Shown: positions 9,234 through 21,439 of the stretch, in pieces | Layout: every line of letters starts with the position of its first letter | Numbering within the stretch: the first letter of the stretch is position 1 | Source: Candidatus Dormiibacterota bacterium | GTDB taxonomy: Bacteria > Chloroflexota > Dormibacteria > Aeolococcales > Aeolococcaceae | DNA length: 64,000 nucleotides | Direction: 5' to 3' | Assembly (NCBI GenBank): GCA_035995545.1 | Contig: DASYKI010000016.1 | Coordinates: 664,599-728,598, forward strand | Notes under the pieces: generated by a model | The model's database searches: none | Told to the model about the DNA's origin: nothing | Seen by the model: only the letters and a program-made list of their open reading frames with translations | Translations under genes and position numbers: made by a program

Positions 9234-10170
9234 GGCGGACTGGAACCAGTCCAGGGTCTGGCGCAGGCCCTGCTCGATGGCGGTGTGCGCCTGCCAGTGC
9301 AGCCAGCGCCGGGCGCGGTTGGTGTCGAGGCAGCCGCGGCGCACCTCACCCTGGGCCGCTTCCTCGTGCAGTGGGGCGAGCCCGCTGCTGTGCAGGTTCG
9401 CCAGCGTGGTGACCACCGTGTCGACGCTGGTCTCGCGGCCGGTGCCGACGTTGACGGCGCCTGCGCGGTTGCTGCGCAATGCGGCGAGGTTGGCGGCGGC
9501 GACGTCGCCGACGAAGACGAAGTCGCGGGTCTGCAGGCCGTCGCCACGGATCACCGGCGCTTCACCGGCGAGCAGCTTGGTGCAGGAGATGGCCACAACT
9601 CCCGCCTCGCCGGTGCCGTCCTGCCTGGGCCCGTAGACGTTGCCGTATCGCAGCGCCAGGGTGCGCATGCCGGCGAGCCGGCGGAAGGACCCAAGGTAGG
9701 CCTCCTCGGCGGCCTTGCTGGCGCCGTACTGCGAGCGCGGCGCGGGTGTCAGGCTCTCGCGTGCGGGCAGGGTGCGCGCATCGCCATAGACGGCGCCGCC
9801 CGACGATGCGGTGACGATGCTCGGCACCTTCGCGTCGGCGGCAGCCTTGAAGAAGGCGATGCTGCTGGCCACCGCGGTGCGCACGTGGGTGGCGGGGTCG
9901 CGCAGCACCTTGTTGACACCGCCGCGCGCGGCGAGGTGGAGCACGGCGTCGGGCTTGAAGCGCAGCAGCGCGGTGGCGGTCGCGGGGTCGCCGCAGTCGG
10001 CTTCGAGGAGCTCGGCCTCGGCCGGCAGGGGGACGCCGCAGTCGTGCGAGAGGTCGTCGACGACCAGCACCTGGGTGCCCTCGGCGATCAGCGTCTCGAC
10101 GGTGTGGGAGCCGATGAAGCCCGCGCCGCCGCTGACGGCGACGCGGCGGGGGAGGGGGCGCGGGGTGGGG
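9222..10170 (-). CDS. NAD-dependent sugar epimerase/dehydratase (GalE-like)
   Basis: Carries the extended-SDR fingerprints VSGGAGFIGSH (Rossmann) and YGASKAAEE (YxxxK). It begins inside the 9222..11030 track ORF, probably at the GTG near 10170. Its 3' end overlaps the GT2 gene end by 12 bp. Confidence 0.75.
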
Positions 10171-10180
10171 GTGGCGCCCC

Positions 10181-11257
10181 TCAGCGCCACGCGGTGGCCC
10201 CGGCCTGGGCGGGCTTCGGCGCGGCGCCGGCGGCCGCTGCGGCTGCTGTCGCGCCTGCCCCCGCCGCCGCTGCCGTGTCGGCGGGGTCGTCCATCCGCTC
10301 GGGTTTGTCGCCGGCCATGGCGGCCGCGGCGGCGAGGCCGATGGGCAGGGTGACCGTGCCGCGCAGCAGCAGGGCCACGGTGGTGGCGATGCCGAACGGC
10401 GTCCCGGTGCGGAGCAGCAGGCCGACCACGATGGCGTCGGCCGGGCCGACCCCGAAGGGCAGGGCGCTGAGGCTGCCGCCGGCCTGGCTGAGCGCGTAGA
10501 CCCCGATCGCCGCGGCGAGGCCGTCGAGGTCGCCGCCGCCGAGCCCGGCGACGAGCAGGATGACCTGCAGCCCGCTGAGCACGAAGACCACCAGCGTGGT
10601 CAGGGTGAAGGTGAGCAGCAGGGGCGTGTCGCCGGCCAGGACCGCGACCTCGCTGCCCATGCGGCCGATGGCGCGGGTCCTCGTGCGCAGGAGCGGCAGC
10701 CGGGCCGCCGCGTTGAGCACGGCGGTGGATGCGACGCGGGCCTGCGGAACGTGGGCGATCGTCCAGGGCACGGCGATGGCCAGCCCGGCGCCGATGCACA
10801 GGCCGGCGACCACTCCCGGGCCGCCGATGGTCGGGCCGAAGAAGGCGGCGCCCGCCGCCAGCAGGAGGGCGAAGCTGAGGATGCGCTCGTAGACGACGGT
10901 GGCCACCCCGGTTGTGGCGGGGATGTCGTCGTCGCGGCGCCAGATCCAGGCGCGGACCAGGTCGCCACTGGCGGCGGGGGTCAGGCTGGAGAGCGTCTGC
11001 CCCGCGAGCTGGGCCTTGACCAGGCTCCACCAGCGGGGGCGCTGCTGCAGTCTCGCCAGCACGAGGCGCGTTCTCAGCGCGCGGACCAGGGTGATCGGGA
11101 CGTTGAGGCCCAGGGTGACGAGCAGCGCGGGGATGCTCAGCCGACCGAGGGCGACCCAGACGTGGGCCGGGCCGGCGCGCCAGAAGAGCACGCCGAGGAC
11201 CCCCACACCGACCAGGGCCGCCACGCGGTGCGAGGTGACCAGCGTTCGCAGGCGCAT
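10181..11257 (-). CDS. flippase-like polytopic membrane protein (lysylphosphatidylglycerol-synthase TM-region-like family)
   Basis: 358 aa with ~8 TM helices and an Ala-rich C-terminal tail. This family is commonly encoded next to GT2 polyprenol-phosphate glycosyltransferases. It lies directly upstream of, and is likely co-transcribed with, the epimerase. Confidence 0.55.
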   Translation of the reverse strand: MRLRTLVTSHRVAALVGVGVLGVLFWRAGPAHVWVALGRLSIPALLVTLGLNVPITLVRALRTRLVLARLQQRPRWWSLVKAQLAGQTLSSLTPAASGDLVRAWIWRRDDDIPATTGVATVVYERILSFALLLAAGAAFFGPTIGGPGVVAGLCIGAGLAIAVPWTIAHVPQARVASTAVLNAAARLPLLRTRTRAIGRMGSEVAVLAGDTPLLLTFTLTTLVVFVLSGLQVILLVAGLGGGDLDGLAAAIGVYALSQAGGSLSALPFGVGPADAIVVGLLLRTGTPFGIATTVALLLRGTVTLPIGLAAAAAMAGDKPERMDDPADTAAAAGAGATAAAAAAGAAPKPAQAGATAWR

Positions 11258-11339
11258 CGTGGCCGCAGCATAGCCTGCCCCCGGCTTTCCGAGCGTGGCG
11301 CCATCTTGGGGGGTGCTAGAGTAGCCGCCCGGCGGCCGG

Positions 11340-11414
11340 GCCCAAGTAGCTCAGAGGTAGAGCAACGCCTTGGTAAGGCGTAGGCCGTGGGTTCGATTCC
11401 CACCTTGGGCTCCA
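11340..11414 (+). tRNA. tRNA-Thr (anticodon GGT), CCA encoded
   Basis: Cloverleaf folded by hand. Acceptor GCCCAAG/CTTGGGC, D-arm TAGCTCAGAGGTAGAGCA, anticodon stem-loop ACGCC-TTGGTAA-GGCGT (GGU), variable loop AGGCC, T-arm GTGGG-TTCGATT-CCCAC, discriminator T, then CCA. Confidence 0.85.
11365..11414 (+). repeat. 50-bp direct repeat, copy 1 (3' two-thirds of tRNA-Thr GGT) - candidate attL
   Basis: The sequence ACGCCTTGGTAAGGCGTAGGCCGTGGGTTCGATTCCCACCTTGGGCTCCA is identical at 26716-26765. Confidence 0.8.
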
Positions 11415-11970
11415 CCTGTCGCAACAGGGGAAAACGAGCTCACAGGCAGGGCTGCATCGCGTCCGTCCGCCCCATCCGCACCCGTCGGAGGGGTCTGGAA
11501 TGCGTGGGATGTTGACCTAGAAGAGCTGGGTCAACGCCTTCGACGATATTGACCTTCGAGGAAGGTCACGGAGGACGGGCGTCACAGCTCCGAGCGTCTC
11601 GCAGCCGAGTCGGATGCCGCTGAGCACTGGAACGCGACCGGCTTTGGGAGGAACGACGCACTCAAGCTACGAGCGAGAGGTGCTGTGACACGATCGCGGT
11701 CGACGACGGGGCAATGCCGCTGGGCATGCGCCGCGTCAAGGAGCGCCGCGATTTTCGTCACCGATGTGGTCAGCGAGCTGCTCATCAACGTGGTGCTGTT
11801 CGGCGTCTGGGCGCTGACTGTACACGGCTTCTTCTGGCCCGGCTTGGTGCTGGCCGGACGGAGCGTCGGCCTGGTGATGCACGCATGCACCGCGTCCGGA
11901 CAGCGCGATCACAAGTGGCGAGGTCGAGCGCGAGATGGAGCGACTGCGGCGAGGCGCTCGGGACGCGCAA

Positions 11971-11984
11971 ATCTGAGCCGGCTC
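11971..11984. terminator. perfect 14-bp palindrome CTGAGCCGGCTCAG at the 3' end of the PNPOx-like gene (possible bidirectional hairpin)
   Basis: The palindrome is read directly from the sequence and overlaps the stop codon of the 11983..12402 minus-strand gene. No U-tract is present, so terminator function is an inference. Confidence 0.3.
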
Positions 11985-12402
11985 AGGCCTCGGGGATGCG
12001 CCGTCCGGTGACCTCGTCGACGCGAATGCGGATCCACCGACCGCCTGCGGACGCGGCCCACGAGCGCAGCGGCCCCCGCCGCAGCCGTTCCAACTCGTGA
12101 GGGTCGGTGACCTCACTCGCGGTGCCACGCGCGATGACGCTCCAGCCCGCGTGGTAGAGCGGGCGCTGGTCATCAACCTCGAAGACGACCGCTGCACCGC
12201 CGGCGAGCGCACTGAGCTTGGTGCCTTCCATCGACCAGAAGACGATGGTGTCGGGAGTCTCCGCCAGGTAGTTCACCGGGACGATGTGGGGGCGGCCATC
12301 ATGGATGAAGCCCACACGTCCGACGAACGATCCGCGCTGCAGGAGACCGGTCGAATCCTCGCGTGTCAGCGTCTCGATGTGCGATTGAGAGTCATCCTGC
12401 AT
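11983..12402 (-). CDS. pyridoxamine 5'-phosphate oxidase family protein (PNPOx-like FMN/F420-binding split barrel)
   Basis: Protein-like sequence from MQDDSQSHIETLTREDSTGLLQRGSFVGRVGFI.. with the characteristic HIVPVNY..GxxxR-type pattern. The track ORF start at 12504 looks too far upstream. Confidence 0.55.
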   Translation of the reverse strand: MQDDSQSHIETLTREDSTGLLQRGSFVGRVGFIHDGRPHIVPVNYLAETPDTIVFWSMEGTKLSALAGGAAVVFEVDDQRPLYHAGWSVIARGTASEVTDPHELERLRRGPLRSWAASAGGRWIRIRVDEVTGRRIPEA

Positions 12403-12409
12403 CGCACTG

Positions 12410-13092
12410 TCAGGTCGCCGTGGACCCGTCGTTGGCTCGCCCTGCTTGCTGGCGGACCAGATAGACGGCAGCCTCCGTACGCCGCGACAGGCCAAGCTTG
12501 GCAAGAACGTTGGAGACGTAGTTCTTCACCGTCTTCTCGGCGAGGTGGATGCGTTCGCCGATCTGTCGATTCGTGAGTCCCTCGGCGACCAGTTCGAGAA
12601 TGCGCCGTTCCTGCGGAGTCAGGTGCTCGGGTCCCGCGACCTCGATGGGCTCCTCGCCGCGGATGCGGGCGAGGACGCGCTCGGTGACCGCGCCGTCGAG
12701 CAGCGACTCTCCCCTCGCTACCTTCTTGATTGCCTCTATCAGCTCGGGCCCCTGGATCTGCTTGAGGACGTATCCCGAGGCACCGGCCATGATCGACGTG
12801 AACAAGGCCTCGTCGTCCGCGAACGACGTGAGCATGAGGACGCGGGTGTCGGGATGCGCGGACCGGATGTCGCGGCAAGCCTCGATCCCTGACCGTCCCG
12901 GCATGCGCACATCCATGACCACGACGTCAGGGGCCTGCTCATCAGCCAGCACCACGGCCTCGTCGGCTGTGCCGGCCTCGCCCACAACCACCATCGTGGG
13001 CTGGGTCTCCAGGAGCGCGCGGAGGCCACGCCGCACGAGATCGTGGTCGTCGCAGAGAAGGACCCGGGTTGAACCGGTCGGCTCGTCCATGC
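12410..13092 (-). CDS. two-component response regulator, NarL/LuxR family (DevR/DosR-like)
   Basis: Receiver domain (RVLLCDDHDLVRRGLRALL.., phospho-acceptor in VVVMDVRMPG, LTSFADDE, K in GASGYVLK) followed by a LuxR HTH (LTPQERRILELVAEGLTNRQIGERIHLAEKTVKNYVSNVLAKLG). Start at ATG ~13092 (MDEPTGSTRV). Confidence 0.8.
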
Positions 13093-13198
13093 CCGCAGTG
13101 TACGGGCTGCCGCCGGAGCCGACCAGGGTCCTTCGGTCCAGGGGCACAGGTGCCCATGGTCTCTAGCCGGAGGGTGGGAGAGGGCGAAAGCTGGTCCC

Positions 13199-15822
<2,624 letters not shown>

Positions 15823-15960
15823 GTCGGTGTCCTCAACGGGGAGCCGCCCGGCTCGATGCGTTCTTTCTGTTGGAGGGTGGTCGCACGTGGCGCCGGGACG
15901 GCTCTCATCACACCCTCATCGTCGCGACATGACGCATCACCCGGCCAGGGCCGGACGTCG

Positions 15961-18728
15961 TCAGCTGCGGTGCTCTTCGGCCTGTGCGCGCGGGACCGAT
16001 GGCTCCTGCTGATGCTGCGGCTCCGCGCGACGCAGGTGGCGCACCGAGAGCCAGGGGCGATCCTGCCACGGCATCACGCGCACCTTGGCATCAACCACCA
16101 CCGCACCCGATGGCGACGAGATGACCGGGTTCAGGTCCATCTCGGCGACCTCCGGGATGTCGGCAGCGAGTTGGGCGACCCGCAGCAGTGCGTCCTCGAC
16201 CGCGGCGATGTCGACCGGTGGCGCACCGCGATGGCCGTGCAGCAGTGGGGCGCCACGGATCGACTCCACCAGCTCGTGCGCGTCGACGTCGGTGAGCGGC
16301 AGGATGCGGAAGGCGCGGTCGCCGAAGACCTCGACAGCGGTTCCGCCACTGCCGAACATGATCAGCGGACCGAAGAGCGGGTCCTGCACGACGCCGATGA
16401 TCAGCTCCACGCCACCTGGCACCATGTGCTGGACGATGGCGCTGTGCATCGACCCGCCGAGGCGCTGCGCCATCGCTGCGTAGGCATCTCGCACCTCGGC
16501 TGCGGTACGCAGGCCGAGCTGGACTCCGCCGACGTCGGTCTTGTGCACGATGCTGCCGGACGCAACCTTGAGCGCCACGGGAATGCCGATCTCGCTCGCC
16601 GCGCGCGCGGCCGCCGACGCCGACCCCACCAGGCGCGACGGGGCGGTGGCGATGCCGTAGGCGTGGAGCAGCGCCTCGGCGGCATCGGCGTCCATCCAGC
16701 AGCCGTCGGGATGCCCGTCCAGCGCGCTGGCCACCACCGCGCGTGCTGCATCGGCGTTGATGCCGTCCAGCACGGGGAGCACCCCCGGGGGACGCTCGCG
16801 CCAGCGCGCATAGCCGACCACCGCGGCAAGCGCCTCCGCCGCCGGCTCGACGAAGGCGAACGACGGCACGGTGCGGCCATCTGCGTGGGGAACGGGCGGC
16901 TCTTGCATGGCCAGGAACGTGGCGATGACCGGGATGTCCGCACTCGCCGACGCGCTGGCGATCGCCTTGGCAACGGCGCCGGTGTCCACGGTGCGGACCG
17001 GTGCGTGGATGGCAATCAGAGCGTCGACCTCGCCACTGGCGGCGATGGCGGTGAGCGCGGTGCGGTAGGCGTCGGCACCGGCACCGGCACCGAGGTCGAC
17101 GGGGTTGCTCACACCGGCGACCAGCGGGGCGGCACCGCGCAGCGTTTCTGCCAGCCGTGGGCCGAACTCGGGAATGGTCAGCCGAGCGGCGTCGAGGGCG
17201 TCGGCGGCGAGGATGCCCGCGCCCCCAGCGTTGCCGACCACGCCGACGCGGGGCCCCCGTGGCAATGGCTGGGTGGCCAGAAGCGTCCCCACCTCGAACA
17301 ACTGCCGTAGGTCGTCGACGCGGATGACGCCCGCCTGGTGGAAGAGCGCGTCGACCGCGGTGTCGGGCGTGGCCAGCGATGCGGTGTGCGACGCAGCCGC
17401 CCTGCCGCCCGCCGCGCTGCGGCCAGCCTTGACCGCGACGATCGGCTTGTGGCGCGCCACCCGCGGCGCGATGCGGGCGAAATCCCGTGGATTGCCGAAG
17501 GATTCGAGGTAGAGGAGGATGACGTCGGTGTCGGAGTCCTGGTCCCAGTAGCGGATCAGGTCGTTGCTGCTGACGTCGACCTTGTTGCCCATGCTGACGA
17601 AGCTGGAGACACCGATCCCGGCGCCCCGGGACCATTCCAGCATGGCGATGCCGAGCGCTCCCGACTGCGAGGCGAAGGCGACGTGGCCCGGTTCCGGGGG
17701 ACTGTCGATGAAGGTGGCGTTGAGCCGCACTGCGGCCGCGGTGTTGACGATGCCGATGCAGTTGGGACCGACGATGCGCATGCCGCCGCGGTGGGCATGC
17801 TCGACCACGGTGCGCTCCATCGCCGCCCCCGCGTCGCCCATCTCGCCGAAGCCCGAGGTGACGATGACCAGGTCGCGCACGCCCTTGGTCGCGCAGTCGT
17901 CGACCACTTGCAGGACGTCACGAGCGGGCACGGCGAGCACTGCGAGGTCGACGTCCCCGTCGATGTCGCCGACGCTCGGGTAGGCGACCAGTCCGGCCAC
18001 CTGTGCAGACCGCGGGTTCACCGGATACACAGGCCCCTGGAAGCCACCGGCGATCACGTTGTCGAGGATGGCACGGCCGATGCCGCCGTCCCGGCCCGCG
18101 CCGACCACTGCGACGGAGCGCGGGCGCAGCAGTCGCCGGACGGAGCGCACCGCCGCCGTCCATCCGCGCTCCTCAACGGCGGCGAGCGACTCGACCGTCT
18201 GGATGATCTCCATGGTCACCGTGACCACGCCGTGCTCACTCTGCCGCACGTCACGAAAGCCTGCGGCGTGGAAGACGTCGAGCATGCGCCGGTTGTGGGT
18301 GAGGGTCTCGGCGACGAACTGCGTGATGCCCTGCGCCCGCGCGTACGCGGCCAGGCACTCCAGCAGCAGTGTGCCGAGGCCGCGGCCCTGGTGCGCATCG
18401 GCCACGACGAAGGCCACCTCAGCGCTGGCGCCGTCGACCAGCCGGTCGTACCGCGCGACGGCCACGATGTCGTCCTGCAGCACTGCGACGAATGCCATGC
18501 GGTCGTGATAGTCGACATGGTGAACCGCTGCACGTCGCTGCCGGTGAGATGCGGTCGTGGCGTGAAGAACCGGAGGTAGACGGTCTCCGCCGAAAGGCGG
18601 GAGTGGAACGCGACCAGTCCCGGTCCGTCGTCCTCGCGGATCGGCCGAAGATGGACGGTGGCCCCGTCGGCGAGGACGGAGTCCAATTCCCACTGCGCCG
18701 GGTAGGGCGGTGCCCCGATGGTGGTCAT
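15961..18728 (-). CDS. GNAT acetyltransferase fused to NDP-forming acyl-CoA synthetase (CoA-binding + ATP-grasp); apparent single-base frameshift near 18515-18525
   Basis: The N-terminal GNAT is split between the 18216..18728 ORF (MTTIGAPPYPAQW..SDVQRFT) and the 15961..18693 ORF (HVDYHDRMAFVAVLQDD..QGRGLGTLLLE). Downstream lie a CoA-binding domain (VAVVGAGRDGGIGRAI), succinyl-CoA-synthetase-like segments and an ATP-grasp. The two frames join cleanly if one base is added at ..TTCACC|CATGTC. Confidence 0.6.
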
Positions 18729-18785
18729 CTCTGCGGCCTCATGGTAGGGGTGTGTCGGGGGCTTCGCTGCGGCTGGACGAGAGAC

Positions 18786-18813
18786 GGCCCGCCTGCCAGG
18801 TGGCAGACGGGCC
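18786..18813 (-). terminator. near-perfect 13-bp inverted repeat GGCCCGCCTGCCA-GG-TGGCAGACGGGCC (hairpin) downstream of the 18876..19506 gene
   Basis: The inverted repeat is read from the sequence. It sits between convergently ordered minus-strand genes. High-GC actinobacterial terminators often lack U-tracts, so the function is inferred. Confidence 0.35.
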
Positions 18814-18875
18814 GCGGTCCCATGCCTCTCGGCGAGGACCTCGCCGGCTCCCGCGTCATCCGACGCCGGGAGGGG

Positions 18876-19506
18876 TCAGGATGCCGTGGGCCGAGGCACG
18901 GTGAGCGGAGTGGCTGTGGTCGCCGCGGGCTTCTTGGCACGGGCACCCGCACGCCAGCCGACCAGCTCGAAGGCCATTGCTCCGAGCACGACGATGGCGG
19001 CGATCAGCAGGCCGATGGCGGCGTAGAGGGCGTACTGCCCAACCTGCCACCACCCGTAGGCGTTGAGCAGGAGGCCGCGGAGGGTCTCACCCATGAAGAG
19101 GGTGGTGCGCTGGCCGCTCAGCGTAGCGACCACCTTGGCGTCCGGAGTCGGCTTGGCCTGCTCGGCGACCAGCTTGCCGCTGACCTGGGAGTAGGTCTGG
19201 CCGGCGGCGACCTTCTGCAGGTGCACGTTGATGTAGTCGTTGGCATAGGCCTGCGCCTGCGGGCCCGTGGTCACGGCCTGCCCAGCGTACTGCGAGAGGT
19301 CCGCGTACTGAGTGTCGCCCAGCGTCTTGGCGTCGAAGCCGGGCGAACCCACGGCCGGGACGGAGATGTTCTGGGCGGCCAGCTCGTCGCCCACCATGTT
19401 GTGCGAGAAGCTGTTCGCCCAGAAGAGGAAGCCTGCGGCGAAGCTGAGGATGCCGATCAGTCCCACTTGCAGGACGATGATCCGCCAACGGATTCCCTTG
19501 GTCATT
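18876..19506 (-). CDS. membrane protein (N- and C-terminal TM helices flanking an extracytoplasmic domain), unknown function
   Basis: Protein-like from MTKGIRWRIIVLQVGLIGILSFAAGFLFW.. to ..ALYAAIGLLIAAIVVLGAMAF; the upstream part of the track ORF is low-complexity. Confidence 0.5.
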
Positions 19507-19614
19507 GTCGTTCTCCCGGCTGGTGATGATGGGTGTGGCCGGTTGACCACGGTTTCATCCTGGCTGCCGAGGCGTTGTCGCCCTAGAGGCAGGCGCCCTA
19601 GATTGCCGGCGGGA

Positions 19615-19660
19615 GGAAGGTCCCGGGTCGGGACGAAGGTCCCTGGTGGCACCCGGGACG
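19615..19660 (-). promoter_or_regulatory. cluster of GGGAC/GTCCC palindromes including GGGAC-GAAG-GTCCC (DosR/DevR-box-like core) upstream of the membrane-protein gene
   Basis: GGAAGGTCCCGGGTCGGGACGAAGGTCCCTGGTGGCACCCGGGACG read from the sequence, ~110-150 bp upstream of the minus-strand start at 19506; the match to the TTSGGGACTWWAGTCCCSAA consensus is limited to the core. Confidence 0.35.
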
Positions 19661-19699
19661 CGAGACGGGGCTGTCAGCCCTCGTAGTTGGCCGCGATCC

Positions 19700-20270
19700 G
19701 CGCTGCATAGCGCTCCGCGACCACGTGTGGTATCCGGCGAAGACCGCGTCGCAGCGCACCAGGATCTCGCCATCGCGTGCGACCGCCACGTCGACTCCCG
19801 GAAGCGGCGGCCGCACCGTGCCGAAGCGCACGGCGCCGATGGGATTGACGCTGGTGACCCCGACGTCGTCCGACATCTCGTACAGGTCGCAGAGCTCGAC
19901 CCCGACCGCGTGGACGAAGCGAAGCACTTCGGGGGAGATCGGTGCTGCAGCGGTGATCATCACCGTCGCCTGGTCGAGACCCAGTCGGGCGCGAATCCGG
20001 CGCAGCACGAGGCGGTCCGCCAGCGCGAGTCGCCGTCCACGCGACGTGCGCACCGTCGTTGCTGTCTGCCGGCGCTCGACCGTGCGCCGTCCTCGGCGAT
20101 GGCCCAGCGGGCGAGAAGGCGCCGCGGACCGCGCTGCTCGCCGACGGCGTGTGGATGCGGTCGGCGATCTTCTCCCAGACTCGGGGTACGCCGACGAAGC
20201 ACTCACGGACGCCATGGGCCACCGGGTCCAATGGCACTGGCGGCACTGCGCGCAGCGTCGGAGAGTGCAA
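19700..20270 (-). pseudogene. frameshifted, truncated fragment of a long-chain fatty-acid--CoA ligase (FadD-like)
   Basis: Two minus frames carry consecutive pieces of the AMP-binding family. One has FVGVPRVWEKIADRI. The other has LGLDQATVMITAAAPISPEVLRFVHAVGVELCDLYEMSDDVGVTSVNPIG..GTVRPPLPGVDVAVARDGEILVR..VFAGYH. The N-terminal ~300 aa and the C-terminal domain are absent. Confidence 0.5.
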
Positions 20271-20301
20271 GGTACCCACCCTGTCATCCGAGGAGATTTG
20301 C

Positions 20302-21406
20302 CATGGCTGTCATGACACAGTTGTCTGCAGGCACCCGCACGCAGACGGGAACGATGCGCGCCTTCGTCATCGCCGGGGTCGGCAAGACCGCCGTCGTGGA
20401 GAAGCCGATTCCCGAGCCGGGACCGGAGGAGGCCGTGGTACGCACGACCGCCGCGCTGGTCTGCACCTCAGATGTGCACACTGTGCGCGGCGCCATCGCG
20501 GTCCCGGCGGGCCGAACACTCGGACACGAGTCCGTGGGCGTGATCCACAGCCTGGGCTCGGCGGTGCAGGGTTTCACGGTCGGCGAGCGCGTCGCCGTCG
20601 GCGCGATCACCCCGTGCTTCCGTTGCGAGTATTGCCAGCGTGGCTTCACCTCGCAGTGCAAGGGGATGCTCGGCGGCTACAAGTACACCACCCAGATCGA
20701 CGGCAACATGGCCGAGTACTTCATCGTCCCGGCGGCCGAGGCCAACCTCACCCGCATCCCTGCCGACCTGCCCGACGAGAAGGCGGTCTACGCCTGCGAC
20801 ATGCTCTCCACCGGCTTCGTCGGCGCCGAGCACGCCGAGCTGTTGCTCGGTGAGACGGTCGCCATCTTCGCCCAGGGACCCGTCGGCCTTGCCGCCACGA
20901 TCGGCTGCAAGCTGCTGGGAGCCGGCCTGATCATCGCCGTCGAGTCGATGCCCAATCGCCAGGCGCTGGCCCGTCGCTTCGGCGCCGACGCCATCGTCGA
21001 CTTCACCAAGGGTGATCCCGTCGAGCAGATCCTCGCGCTGACCGACGGCAAGGGTGTCGACGCGGCCATCGAAGCGTTCGGGTTCCCGCAGACCTTCGAG
21101 GCGGCGATCCGCGCCACCAAGCCCGGCGGCCGCATCTCCAACATCGGCTACCACGGCGAGAACCCCGCGCCGCTGCAGATCCCGCTGGAGCCGTTCGGCA
21201 TGGGCATGTCCGACAAGACCATCCGCACCGGCCTCTGCCCCGGCGGCAGCGAGCGCCTCGGCCGTCTTCTGCGCCTGATGCAGACCGGCAAGGTCGACCC
21301 CACGCCGATGACGACGCACCGCTTCAAGTTCGACGACATCTCCACGGCGTTCGAGATGATGACCGCCAAGGCGGACGGCATCATCAAGCCGCTGATCACC
21401 TTCTGA
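20302..21406 (+). CDS. adh: zinc-dependent alcohol dehydrogenase (MDR superfamily, NADP secondary-ADH-like)
   Basis: Contains GHESVGVIHSLG (catalytic Zn), a CFRCEYCQ-type region, and a GQGPVGL-type cofactor segment (AIFAQGPVGLAATIG). Start at ATG 20302 or 20353. Confidence 0.8.
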
Positions 21407-21439
21407 TCCCATACCCCCCACATCCCAGGTGGCAACCCC

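Noticed and set aside
11415-11983. Integrase or excisionase next to the tRNA
   Set aside because: No frame on either strand gives a recombinase-like sequence (no R..HxxR..Y pattern or resolvase motif). The only candidate ORF is a short hydrophobic peptide.
15823-15960. DosR box upstream of the USP-kinase-regulator operon
   Set aside because: Only one GGGAC word and no GGGAC-N4-GTCCC arrangement was found by eye. An autoregulatory site would be expected here, but I cannot support it from the sequence.
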